The notes below the pieces were generated by a model, which was not told where the DNA came from, made no database searches, and saw nothing but the letters and a program-made list of their open reading frames with translations. Source: an uncultured bacterium (lineage in GTDB: Bacteria > Electryoneota > Electryoneia > Electryoneales > Electryoneaceae). From it: 64,000 nucleotides of DNA. The stretch is from positions 33,645-97,644 of the forward strand of contig CAZIDZ010000007.1 of assembly GCA_964538455.1 (NCBI GenBank). The letters run 5' to 3'. Positions 55,782 through 64,000 of the stretch are shown here, in pieces. Made by a program: the position numbers and the translations under genes. Numbering within the stretch: position 1 is the first letter of the stretch; each line of letters begins with the position of its first letter.

Positions 55782-56862
55782 ACAGGATCGAAAACCAATG
55801 GTGGTCGAGCAGAGCTTCATCCGTTCGCGTCGATTCCGCTACCTGATGCTTGCGATCGGGTTTCTGGCTGTGCTCGCTGTCCTGCTCTTCTGGAGCTACA
55901 TCGCGGGGGCCCCGCGCCATCCCGATCGCGAGGGAGCGTCGCGGATAATCGTCCCGCAGGGCGCTTCCGCCTGGAAAGTCGGCTACATCCTGCGCGACTC
56001 CGGCTTGCTGCGCAGCCCGAGGCGGTTTGCCTGGCATCTGAAATTCTACGGCGGTTCCGATCAGTTGAAGGCGGGCGTCTATGACATCCCGCGCTCCGCC
56101 TCGATGAAGGAGATGGCCGATCAGATTTTACGGGGCGATGAGGCCACCGTCGAGCTCACCTTTCCCGAGGGCTGGACCGCCGCGCAGATGGCCGGACTTC
56201 TGCAGCAGTCGTCAGTCGTCGATTCCGTCTCTTTCATCCGTGCGCTCCACGATAAAGGCCTGATCGACAGCCTCGGGCTTCCCGTCACCACCTTCGAGGG
56301 CGTGCTCTATCCCGAAACGTATCTTTTCCGCCTCCGCCGGACCCCGGCCGATGTGATTCACGCGATGGTGTCGCTGTTCAAGGAGAAGGTGGGCGAGGAC
56401 TGGATCCGCCGGGCGCAGCAGAGTGAATTGGGATTCCAGGGGATTGTCACGTTGGCGAGCATCGTTCAGGGGGAGTTCCAGGTCGCAGGAGAAACCGAGG
56501 ATATCGCCGCCCTCTACAGGAACCGGTTGCGCAAGGGGATGTTGCTCCAGGCCGATCCGACGATTCAGTACATCCTCCCCGAGGGGCCGAGGCGGCTGAC
56601 GTTGAAAGACCTGAGGATAAAGAACCCTTACAACACGTACCTTTATCCCGGATTGCCTCCTGGTCCCATCAACAATCCCGGAATTGATGCGTTGCGCGCC
56701 GCTCTCGATCCCCCGGACCGCCCCTGGCTCTACATGGTGGCGCGGGGGGACGGCAAGCATACGTTCACGACCACGTTTAACGACCATATCCGGGCGAAGA
56801 AAAGGCTCGACGCCATTCGCCGCCAGGAGGCTCGCCGCAAACGTCAGGAAAGTAAATCCTAA
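55768..56862 (+). CDS. mltG: endolytic murein transglycosylase MltG (YceG family)
   Basis: N-terminal TM (LMLAIGFLAVLAVLLFW). YceG-like motifs …KAGVYDI…FPEGWT…YPETYLF…LASIVQGE…YNTYLYPGLPPGPINNPG. Start ambiguous (55705, 55768 or 55798). Confidence 0.8.
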   Translation: MISGKQDRKPMVVEQSFIRSRRFRYLMLAIGFLAVLAVLLFWSYIAGAPRHPDREGASRIIVPQGASAWKVGYILRDSGLLRSPRRFAWHLKFYGGSDQLKAGVYDIPRSASMKEMADQILRGDEATVELTFPEGWTAAQMAGLLQQSSVVDSVSFIRALHDKGLIDSLGLPVTTFEGVLYPETYLFRLRRTPADVIHAMVSLFKEKVGEDWIRRAQQSELGFQGIVTLASIVQGEFQVAGETEDIAALYRNRLRKGMLLQADPTIQYILPEGPRRLTLKDLRIKNPYNTYLYPGLPPGPINNPGIDALRAALDPPDRPWLYMVARGDGKHTFTTTFNDHIRAKKRLDAIRRQEARRKRQESKS

Positions 56863-59162
56863 TGCAGATGCACCGCACCGATCCTTTGCAGGGGCTTAAC
56901 GACGCACAGCGGGAGGCTGTGTCGGCGACCGATGGCCCGGTCCTCGTCCTCGCCGGCGCGGGAAGCGGCAAGACACGTGTGCTCGCCCATCGCATCGCGT
57001 ATCTCATCCACCTCGGCAAGGCCAAACCGTGGCAGATCCTCGCCGTTACCTTCACCAACAAGGCCGCGCTCGAACTCCGCGAACGCGTCGCCCGCATCGC
57101 ACGCGGAGGGGACAAGGTCGCCGCGGGAACCTTCCATGCGATGATGCTCCGCGTGCTCCGGCGCGAGGCGGAGGCGATCGGGTTTCCCAGGGATTTCACC
57201 ATCTTCGACATGGACGACAGCCGCCGGCTGGTCAAGAACATTCTTAACGAATTTTCGGAGGACCGCTTCCGTCCCCGTTCGATTCACGCCATCATCAGCC
57301 GTGCGAAAAACGATCTGATCGGCCCGGACGCTTTTGAATCCTCCGCCAAAATCCCCATTCGGAGAACGGCCGCGAAAGTCTATCACGAATACCAGCGGCG
57401 GATCAAAGCCTATGCGGCGATGGATTTCGACGACCTCTTGCTGCGCCCGCTCGAGCTGTTTCGCGAACACCCGGGCGTTCTGCTGAAATGGTCGGACCGC
57501 TGGCGCTACCTGCATGTGGACGAGTACCAGGACACAAACCTCGCCCAATTCGAATTGGTCAAGGTGCTCGCCGGGCCGAAACCCAACCTGTTTGTCGTCG
57601 GCGATGACGATCAGTCTATCTACGGCTGGCGCGGCGCTCGCGTCGAGAACATCTTCCGCTTCCGTGATGTCTTCGCGGGCTCCAGGGTTTTCCGCCTCGA
57701 GCAGAACTACCGCAGCACCCAGAAAATCCTCGACCTCGCGCACGCGGTCGTCTCGCGAAGTGAACGGCGGGAGGAAAAACGCCTCTGGACGGAGAAGCAG
57801 GGAGGGATGATTCCGCATATCGTCGGGCTCGCGACCGATCAGGACGAGGCCCGCGAGATCGCCGACAGGATCGGACGAGAAGTCCTCTCCGGCCGCCGCG
57901 CGTTCAGGGACTTCGCGATTCTTTACAGGACGAATGCACAGTCGCGCCTGTTCGAGGATACCTTCCGCGGCCGGCGCTATCCGTACCAGGTGCTCGGCGC
58001 AGTCAGTTTCTACGAGCGCAAGGAGGTCCGCGACGCGCTCGCCTATTTCAAACTCTGCCTCAACGAGCGGGATGATCTTTCGCTGCGCAGGATCATCGGC
58101 GAACCTCCGCGCGGAATTGGAGTCCACACGCTCGAGAAGTTGATCGAGTGGGCGAAACAGAACGAGGCGCCGCTCACCGAGGCGCTGTCGAAGGCGGAGG
58201 AGATCGGCGGTGTGGCCAAACGGTCCGCCGCCGCCTGCGCCAAGTTTTCGGCGCAGTTGGTCAGCTGGAAAAGCGAGCTGTCGCACCTTCCCCTCGAACA
58301 GTGGGCATCTCACGTTCTCGAGGAAACGGGGTACCTTCCTCGGCTGCGCGCGGAAAAGAGTTTCGAGGCCCAGGGGCGGATCGACAACCTGGAAGCGTTG
58401 GTCGATTCGCTGGCCGAGTTCGCCGCCGAGGACGGAACTCTTCACGAGTACATCGAGCAGGCCGCCCTCGCCACCGATCAGGACAAGTACGATCCCTCGT
58501 CGGATACGATCCGCCTGATGACCGTCCATGCCGCCAAGGGACTGGAATTCCCGGTCGTCGTCGTCGCGGGTCTTGAGGCGACCCTGTTTCCTCTCGCGGG
58601 GGATGACCGGGAGACGGATGCCGACGAGGAGCGCAGGCTGTTTTACGTTGCCGTCACCCGTGCGCAGGAGGAACTCTTTCTCACCTACGCCAACCTGCGC
58701 CGCGTATGGGGACAGATGGACTACCGTCAGCCCAGCGCCTTCCTGCTCGAGATCCCCGAGCAGAGCGTCGTCTGGAAATCGCCTGGCGTTGAGGAGAAGA
58801 CGGGGGGCGGCGTGGAAAGCGCGTCGCTGCACGGCGGGGCGTCAGCGACCTCCGCATCCCGGCGGCAGCAGGGCGCGGCCTATGACCCCTGGGCGGAAAG
58901 AAAGAAAACGCGGAGCAAAGCGGACGTGGGGGAGCCCGCCGCGGCGTCTCCGCACGCCGCCTTGTCCTCGCAGCAGGATGAGGATCTTCCGGCTGTCAGG
59001 GTGGGAGATCTCGTGGAACACCCTACCTTTGGACAGGGTATCGTGCTGTCAACGGCGAAGTGGCGCAACGATATCAAGGTCCAGGTGGAATTCGAGGGGC
59101 GCGGCGTGATGTCGCTGATGCAGCGCATCGCACGGCTGCACCCCGTGAGGGATTTTCGATGA
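56862..59162 (+). CDS. pcrA: ATP-dependent DNA helicase, UvrD/PcrA/Rep family
   Basis: LNDAQREAV, Walker A AGAGSGKTRVL, motif II DEYQDTN, QNYRST, VHAAKGLEF. The C-terminal Tudor-like tail is GDLVEHPTFGQGIVL. Confidence 0.85.
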   Translation: MQMHRTDPLQGLNDAQREAVSATDGPVLVLAGAGSGKTRVLAHRIAYLIHLGKAKPWQILAVTFTNKAALELRERVARIARGGDKVAAGTFHAMMLRVLRREAEAIGFPRDFTIFDMDDSRRLVKNILNEFSEDRFRPRSIHAIISRAKNDLIGPDAFESSAKIPIRRTAAKVYHEYQRRIKAYAAMDFDDLLLRPLELFREHPGVLLKWSDRWRYLHVDEYQDTNLAQFELVKVLAGPKPNLFVVGDDDQSIYGWRGARVENIFRFRDVFAGSRVFRLEQNYRSTQKILDLAHAVVSRSERREEKRLWTEKQGGMIPHIVGLATDQDEAREIADRIGREVLSGRRAFRDFAILYRTNAQSRLFEDTFRGRRYPYQVLGAVSFYERKEVRDALAYFKLCLNERDDLSLRRIIGEPPRGIGVHTLEKLIEWAKQNEAPLTEALSKAEEIGGVAKRSAAACAKFSAQLVSWKSELSHLPLEQWASHVLEETGYLPRLRAEKSFEAQGRIDNLEALVDSLAEFAAEDGTLHEYIEQAALATDQDKYDPSSDTIRLMTVHAAKGLEFPVVVVAGLEATLFPLAGDDRETDADEERRLFYVAVTRAQEELFLTYANLRRVWGQMDYRQPSAFLLEIPEQSVVWKSPGVEEKTGGGVESASLHGGASATSASRRQQGAAYDPWAERKKTRSKADVGEPAAASPHAALSSQQDEDLPAVRVGDLVEHPTFGQGIVLSTAKWRNDIKVQVEFEGRGVMSLMQRIARLHPVRDFR

Positions 59163-62100
59163 GGCGAGTCGGACTGTGGACCGCGTGGGTCTTGTGCCTG
59201 TTGCTGCTAGGGATTCTGCTTCCCATGGCGGCGCCCGCGCAGACCGAGCACGAGGCCGATTTTCTCTATGCCCGCCGTCTCTATCAGGACGGTCTCTACG
59301 ACCTCGCCGTGGAGGCGCTTGAACGCTACCTGGCCGCCGATCCGGAGAGTCCCCATCGGGTCGAAGCGTATCTGATTATCGGCGATGCACGGTGGAAGGA
59401 GAAGAAACTCGATCTCGCCCGCCAGGCGTATCAGCGGGCGGCGATGGCGGACCCGGACGATCCACGCGCGGTGGATGCCCTGACCAAGGTGGCGGATAGC
59501 TACCTTTCCGAGAACGATTGGCAGAAAGCCGCCCGCGCCGAACAGCGGATCGCCGTCTACTATCCGAACTCTCCCGTTGCGCCCGCCGCGCTGACACGCA
59601 CCGCGCGAATCCTGATCGAGCATGGCCATTTCAACCAGGCGGAAGCCCCGGTTCAGCAGGTCCTTCGCCAGTACCCGCAATCGACTCATCAGCGGGAGGC
59701 GAGGCTGCTATGGGCTCGTGTCCTGGCCGATCGCGGTGAGTTGGAGAAGGCGGCCGAGGAGGCCGGAACCGTTGCCCACTCAACTCGGGACGCCGACCTC
59801 GCTGTGGAGGCGTTGAGCTTTCAGGGAGAATGGTACTGGCGGCTCGGGCGGGATCCGGACGCGGAGGCCGCTTGGCGGCGCATCCTCGACAACTACCCGC
59901 GCGCCTCGAAACGGGCGGAGGCGCTGACGAGAATGGGGCGGTTGCGCCTGCAGATCGGCGATGCGGTGCAGGCGGAGGCGATTCTTCGGGACGCTCTCGG
60001 CAGCGTCCAGAAGGATTCGCTGCTTGAATGGCAGGCGCGTCTCGGGCTCGCCGACGCCCTGCTGCTCGAAGGCAAACCGGTGGAAGCCCTGCTCCATCTG
60101 AACCGTCTCGAGGGAGTTGTTCCCCCGGAGGTCGCCTACCGGAAAGCGCTCGCGCTGGAGGCGGCCGGCCGCAATGTTGAGGCGATCAGCGCCTACCGAG
60201 CTCTCGGCCAGGGAACGGACACCCTCGCCGCGGGTGCCCGGTGGAGAACGGCGAACCTGCTCGAAAAGGCGGGACGCACTCGTGAAGCCGCGGAGGCGTG
60301 GCAATGGGCGGAGCAGGCGATGCCCTCCGGCCTGCAGAAATCGGAAGCGCGCTACCGTGCGCTCGCGTTGACGCTTAAGCTCGAGCCGCTCCGCGCTCTC
60401 GAAATGACCGCATCCTTTATGGATGAATACCCGCGTTCGCCGCATGTGGACGACGTTGAGCTGCTTCGAGCGGAGGCGCTGCTGGCGCTCGGACGGCGCA
60501 AGGAGGCCGTGGAGGCGTTCCGCGACATCGGCACCACATGGCCTGTAAGCCCCTACCGCTACGATGCGGAGGCGCGCGCGGATTTTCTTGAAACGATTGT
60601 GCTGCCGAAAGGCGATCCTTCCACGAAACTCGCAGGGCTGGTCGCCGAATTCGCTGGCGGGCGCGATCGCAGGGATCTCTCGCTCCGCCTGGCCGAGGTC
60701 TATCTCAAAGAGTTGAAGGATTATCCCGCGGCAAAGAAACAGCTGGACGATCTGCTGGCGGACTCGACCGTCGACAAGGCGAGGCGTTTGCAGGCGCGCG
60801 AACTGCTGGCCGAGACCCTCTGGCGAAATTTCCTGCGCGAGACGAGAACGGACGACGGCTCGCTCTCGACGGACGTGCCCGCTCGCCGGGCCGCGGCGCA
60901 GAGAACGATTGAGGATCTGCGCCAATTGCTCCCGTTCCTGAAGGATCCCCGCGTGCGCGCGGAAACCTCCTGGCGGCTGCTCCATCTCGAGGCGGATGCC
61001 CGTAGTGGTTTGGACAGCCTGCTCTTTGTCCGCAAGGTGCTGCAGGATCACCTCGCCGAATATCCCGACTCGCCCCACGCTGGAGATGCCTATCTCGAAC
61101 TGGGCAAGGCGTTCATTGTCGTGGCGAAGGGTGTCGACGATCCAGCCAAGGGTGATCCCTCCCTCTGGTACCTGGAGGCGTTTCGCGACAAATACCCTGA
61201 CCATGCCCGCTACGCGGAGGGGCTGCTGCTGCTCGCGGATCGCTATGTGAAGGCGAAGATGTACGCTCCCGCCGAACAGACATACCGCAGCATCATCCGC
61301 CTCGATCCTACTCCCGAACGTGTCGAAGCGGTCATCGCGCTGCTCGATCCGCAATGGACCAAGTCGTCGCAGGGGGTCGAGAACGACCTCGAATGGGTGC
61401 GCACCCATGCCTGGTATCATCCCGGCCTTCAGAGAAGCCGCCGCTTGCTCGTCCAGCGCCTGATGGATGGAGGCCATTTCCGCGAGGCCGCCGAGGAGCT
61501 CACCGCCCTCGGTCAGCTGAACATGGAGTGGGGCGCGGGTCTGGTAATCGAGGGCGCGAGCGATCTGCAGCTCGCGTGGTATTGGGGGCAGGTCTACGAA
61601 GGCTTGCAGCAGCTTGACAAGGCCCGGGATGAGTACCGCCGCTACCTCTCCCGGAATCCGAGCGGGCAGGATGCGGACCGTATCCGTCTCAAACTCGCCG
61701 AGCTCAGGAAGGGGCAGAAGTATTACGACGACGCCCTGCGGCTCTATCGGCGTCTGCTCACGGATGCATCGGACTACCACATTCGTGATGCAGCGTTGCA
61801 GGGAGCGGCCACCATCCTGTTCGCACAGGAGCAGTATGACGCTGCCATGCGCTACGCCGAGCAGGTTGTCGACACCAAGGGAATTCCCAGCGACACCGCC
61901 TTCGCCTATGGCAAGATGGCGGTGATCTGCCGCTATCGCATCGGGGACCTGGAGGAAGCTCGCAAAAGCGCCAACGCCTTCCGCAAGAAGTGGTCCCGAA
62001 TGGAGGGGCTGTACGATGTTTCCGCCGAGTTCGAGCTAGAGCGGGGGAAGTGGCTGTCCAAACAGAAGAACTATCCGGAGGCGGAACACTACTACAATCG

Positions 62101-62854
62101 CGTCCTGAAGAACTACAAGAACAGCAAGTGGGTCCCCTACGCGAAATACGAATTGGGGCGGGATCTGCTCGAGCAGAACCGTACCGGCCAGGGAATGGAG
62201 CTGCTCTCGGACCTCCCGCGGCGCTATCCGGGAAACCCGATACTTGGACGCGTGTGGTGGATTCTCGGCAACCAGTACGCACAATCGGGCGACATCATGG
62301 AGGCCGTCAAGACCTACGATAAGGTGCTCACCGACAGCAGCTACATGGACACCTGGCCGTTCGTTCTCGTCAACCAGATCAGTGCCTACCGGAACGCCGG
62401 TTTTTACGCCGGCGCGTTGCAGGCCGCACAGCGTTACCTCGAGTTCTATCCTGACGCGCCCGACGCCTTCGACCGCCAGATGGACGTTGGCTTGATGTAC
62501 CTCCAGATGGGACAGTATGATCTCGCCATCTCCCAGTTCAGGAAGATTCAGCCCCTCGCCGACGTCGAGGATGAGGCGGCCATCCAGTTCTACATCGGGG
62601 AGTCTCTCGAAAAATCGGGACGTCTCGCCGAGTCGGTGATCGAATACAAAAAGGTGGACTACCTCGGCAAGAGGACGAAAATGGAGTGGGCGGTGACCGC
62701 TTTGTACAACGCCGGGCGTGTCCTCGAACGCCTTGGTCAGAACGATCAGGCGCTGAATATGTACAAGGAAATCGTGCGGCGTGAGGGGCTGGCGAGCCCC
62801 TTCGGCAGGAAGGCTCAGGAGCAGGTGGACCGCCTCCAATCGGGGAAAGGGTAG
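59159..62854 (+). CDS. very large secreted TPR-repeat protein
   Basis: Signal peptide MRRVGLWTAWVLCLLLLGILLPMAAPAQ, then >20 TPR/Sel1-like repeats across ~1230 aa. ATGA overlap with the helicase stop. Confidence 0.6.
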   Translation: MRRVGLWTAWVLCLLLLGILLPMAAPAQTEHEADFLYARRLYQDGLYDLAVEALERYLAADPESPHRVEAYLIIGDARWKEKKLDLARQAYQRAAMADPDDPRAVDALTKVADSYLSENDWQKAARAEQRIAVYYPNSPVAPAALTRTARILIEHGHFNQAEAPVQQVLRQYPQSTHQREARLLWARVLADRGELEKAAEEAGTVAHSTRDADLAVEALSFQGEWYWRLGRDPDAEAAWRRILDNYPRASKRAEALTRMGRLRLQIGDAVQAEAILRDALGSVQKDSLLEWQARLGLADALLLEGKPVEALLHLNRLEGVVPPEVAYRKALALEAAGRNVEAISAYRALGQGTDTLAAGARWRTANLLEKAGRTREAAEAWQWAEQAMPSGLQKSEARYRALALTLKLEPLRALEMTASFMDEYPRSPHVDDVELLRAEALLALGRRKEAVEAFRDIGTTWPVSPYRYDAEARADFLETIVLPKGDPSTKLAGLVAEFAGGRDRRDLSLRLAEVYLKELKDYPAAKKQLDDLLADSTVDKARRLQARELLAETLWRNFLRETRTDDGSLSTDVPARRAAAQRTIEDLRQLLPFLKDPRVRAETSWRLLHLEADARSGLDSLLFVRKVLQDHLAEYPDSPHAGDAYLELGKAFIVVAKGVDDPAKGDPSLWYLEAFRDKYPDHARYAEGLLLLADRYVKAKMYAPAEQTYRSIIRLDPTPERVEAVIALLDPQWTKSSQGVENDLEWVRTHAWYHPGLQRSRRLLVQRLMDGGHFREAAEELTALGQLNMEWGAGLVIEGASDLQLAWYWGQVYEGLQQLDKARDEYRRYLSRNPSGQDADRIRLKLAELRKGQKYYDDALRLYRRLLTDASDYHIRDAALQGAATILFAQEQYDAAMRYAEQVVDTKGIPSDTAFAYGKMAVICRYRIGDLEEARKSANAFRKKWSRMEGLYDVSAEFELERGKWLSKQKNYPEAEHYYNRVLKNYKNSKWVPYAKYELGRDLLEQNRTGQGMELLSDLPRRYPGNPILGRVWWILGNQYAQSGDIMEAVKTYDKVLTDSSYMDTWPFVLVNQISAYRNAGFYAGALQAAQRYLEFYPDAPDAFDRQMDVGLMYLQMGQYDLAISQFRKIQPLADVEDEAAIQFYIGESLEKSGRLAESVIEYKKVDYLGKRTKMEWAVTALYNAGRVLERLGQNDQALNMYKEIVRREGLASPFGRKAQEQVDRLQSGKG

Positions 62855-63223
62855 CGGCGGCCGTGAAAATGAAAGGTCAAGACTGGAAGAAGTAGTCATC
62901 CTGAACCACCGAAGGTGAGTGAAGGATCTATGTTTTCGCCGTAATCCATTGATAAAACAAAGATTCTTCCCCGACGGATCGGGACAGGCACTTCGTTCAG
63001 AATGACTTCGGGTCGCAGTTTTCCTAAGTCGCTTTTTCAATACTCTTGAATGCCATTATTCGTTATCATCAAAGGAACGTTGATCTGATTTAAACCGCTG
63101 TTACAGTCTTGAGTTAAGTGAAAAAACATCAATCCATATCAGGGGAAAGTCGACGCTCGCTGAACGCAAGCGCAAAGACGGGCGCGGTTGGAAAAACATA
63201 AGTCACCGCAAGGGAAAACGCGC

Positions 63224-64000
63224 ATGAGTGAAAACAGCCTGCTGCAAGCGGTCGGACAGCCCTGGCTTGAGGCCCAGGTGGATGCCGCCTTGCGCGAGGA
63301 TCTGGACAAGGCGGGCGACATCACCAGCGCCGCGACGGTTCCCGAAAACCGCCAGGGATTGGCCGAACTGATCTCCAAAGGGGAGGGGATTCTCTGCGGC
63401 GCGGACTGGGCGAGCCTCTGCGGAGATCGAACCGAACCCCCTGTGCGCTGGGAATTTCTCGTTTCTGATGGCGAAGCGGTGCGCCCGGGACAGGTGCTCG
63501 CGAGGGTGTACGGCCCGATGCGCGGAATCCTGATTTCGGAGCGCGCCTGCCTGAACGGGCTTGGACACCTTTCCGGGATCGCGACCGCGGCGGCAAAAGC
63601 GGCCGAACTCGTCAAGGGAACGCATGCGCAGGTGATCGATACCCGCAAGACCTTCCCCGGATGGCGTCTCGCGGAAAAGTATGCCGTCCGCTGTGGCGGC
63701 GCGGGCAACCACCGCATCGGCCTGTTTGATGAAATCCTGATTAAAGAAAACCACGTCGAAGCGGCCGGAGGGGTGCTCCCTGCGGTGAAAGCGGCGAAAA
63801 CCTGGCGCTCCCAGCAGCATAACCGTTCAGCTATCCCGATCGAGGTGGAGGTGCGCAATCTCGGCGAGTTTCGCAGCGCACTGGAGGCGGAGCCCGATCG
63901 TATTCTTCTGGACAATTTTGCGCTCGATGCCATGCGTGAGGCGGTAAACTTGGCGAGGGGAGCTGTGCTCCTTGAGGCGTCGGGCGGTATTACCCTTGAA
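63224..64000 (+). CDS. nadC: nicotinate-nucleotide diphosphorylase (carboxylating) / quinolinate phosphoribosyltransferase, 3'-truncated by the window edge
   Basis: Not in the ORF track (no stop inside the window). My translation from ATG 63224 gives …TRKTFPGWRLAEKYAVRCGGAGNHRIGLFDEILIKENH…ILLDNF…, the QPRTase signature. Confidence 0.75.
   Translation, partial: MSENSLLQAVGQPWLEAQVDAALREDLDKAGDITSAATVPENRQGLAELISKGEGILCGADWASLCGDRTEPPVRWEFLVSDGEAVRPGQVLARVYGPMRGILISERACLNGLGHLSGIATAAAKAAELVKGTHAQVIDTRKTFPGWRLAEKYAVRCGGAGNHRIGLFDEILIKENHVEAAGGVLPAVKAAKTWRSQQHNRSAIPIEVEVRNLGEFRSALEAEPDRILLDNFALDAMREAVNLARGAVLLEASGGITLE

Noticed and set aside
1-64000. CRISPR arrays, transposases, integrases, prophage structural genes, toxin-antitoxin pairs
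   Set aside because: No direct-repeat/spacer periodicity and no recognisable mobility or phage protein motifs in any frame. The only horizontal-transfer signal is the compositional anomaly at the methyltransferase.

Overview
This is a 64 kb, high-GC (~65%) bacterial chromosomal window, almost entirely coding and gene-dense. Most genes are on the + strand; one operon (49.2-55.0 kb) is on the - strand.

The content is core cell-envelope biology of a diderm. The combination of tamB next to bamA, an LpxC/FabZ fusion, and many lipoproteins suggests an FCB-group-like lineage. That lineage call is inference only.

Main blocks:
(1) mtnA, a TPR lipoprotein, uppS and a short FAD-binding protein.
(2) An outer-membrane and lipid A biogenesis supercluster: tamB-bamA-skp-lpxD-lpxC/fabZ-lpxA-OMP.
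(3) A translationally coupled envelope operon: rseP-TPR-lipoprotein-GT2-GT4-GT2-hypothetical-PBP1A-SPOR protein.
(4) A PfkB kinase, then a low-GC segment (~50% GC) carrying a beta-class DNA methyltransferase. This is the clearest horizontally acquired feature in the window. The methyltransferase stop overlaps the start of a large secreted M1 metallopeptidase whose C-terminal extension is unusual.
(5) mpl, a hydrolase, yggS, divIVA, dksA, lspA, a TPM/NTase-like/LemA trio, a SAM hydroxide adenosyltransferase, pgi, purF, a CDP-alcohol phosphatidyltransferase, cysS and a DUF4097-like pair.
(6) A minus-strand marR-tolC-MFP-RND efflux operon. It has a perfect palindromic operator candidate at its 5' end and a hairpin terminator at its 3' end.
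(7) A LOG-like protein, mltG, a UvrD/PcrA helicase, a 1264-aa TPR protein, and a partial nadC.

No rRNA, intact tRNA, CRISPR array, transposase or integrase was recognised. All protein calls rest on motif and family recognition by eye from the translations. No database search was run.
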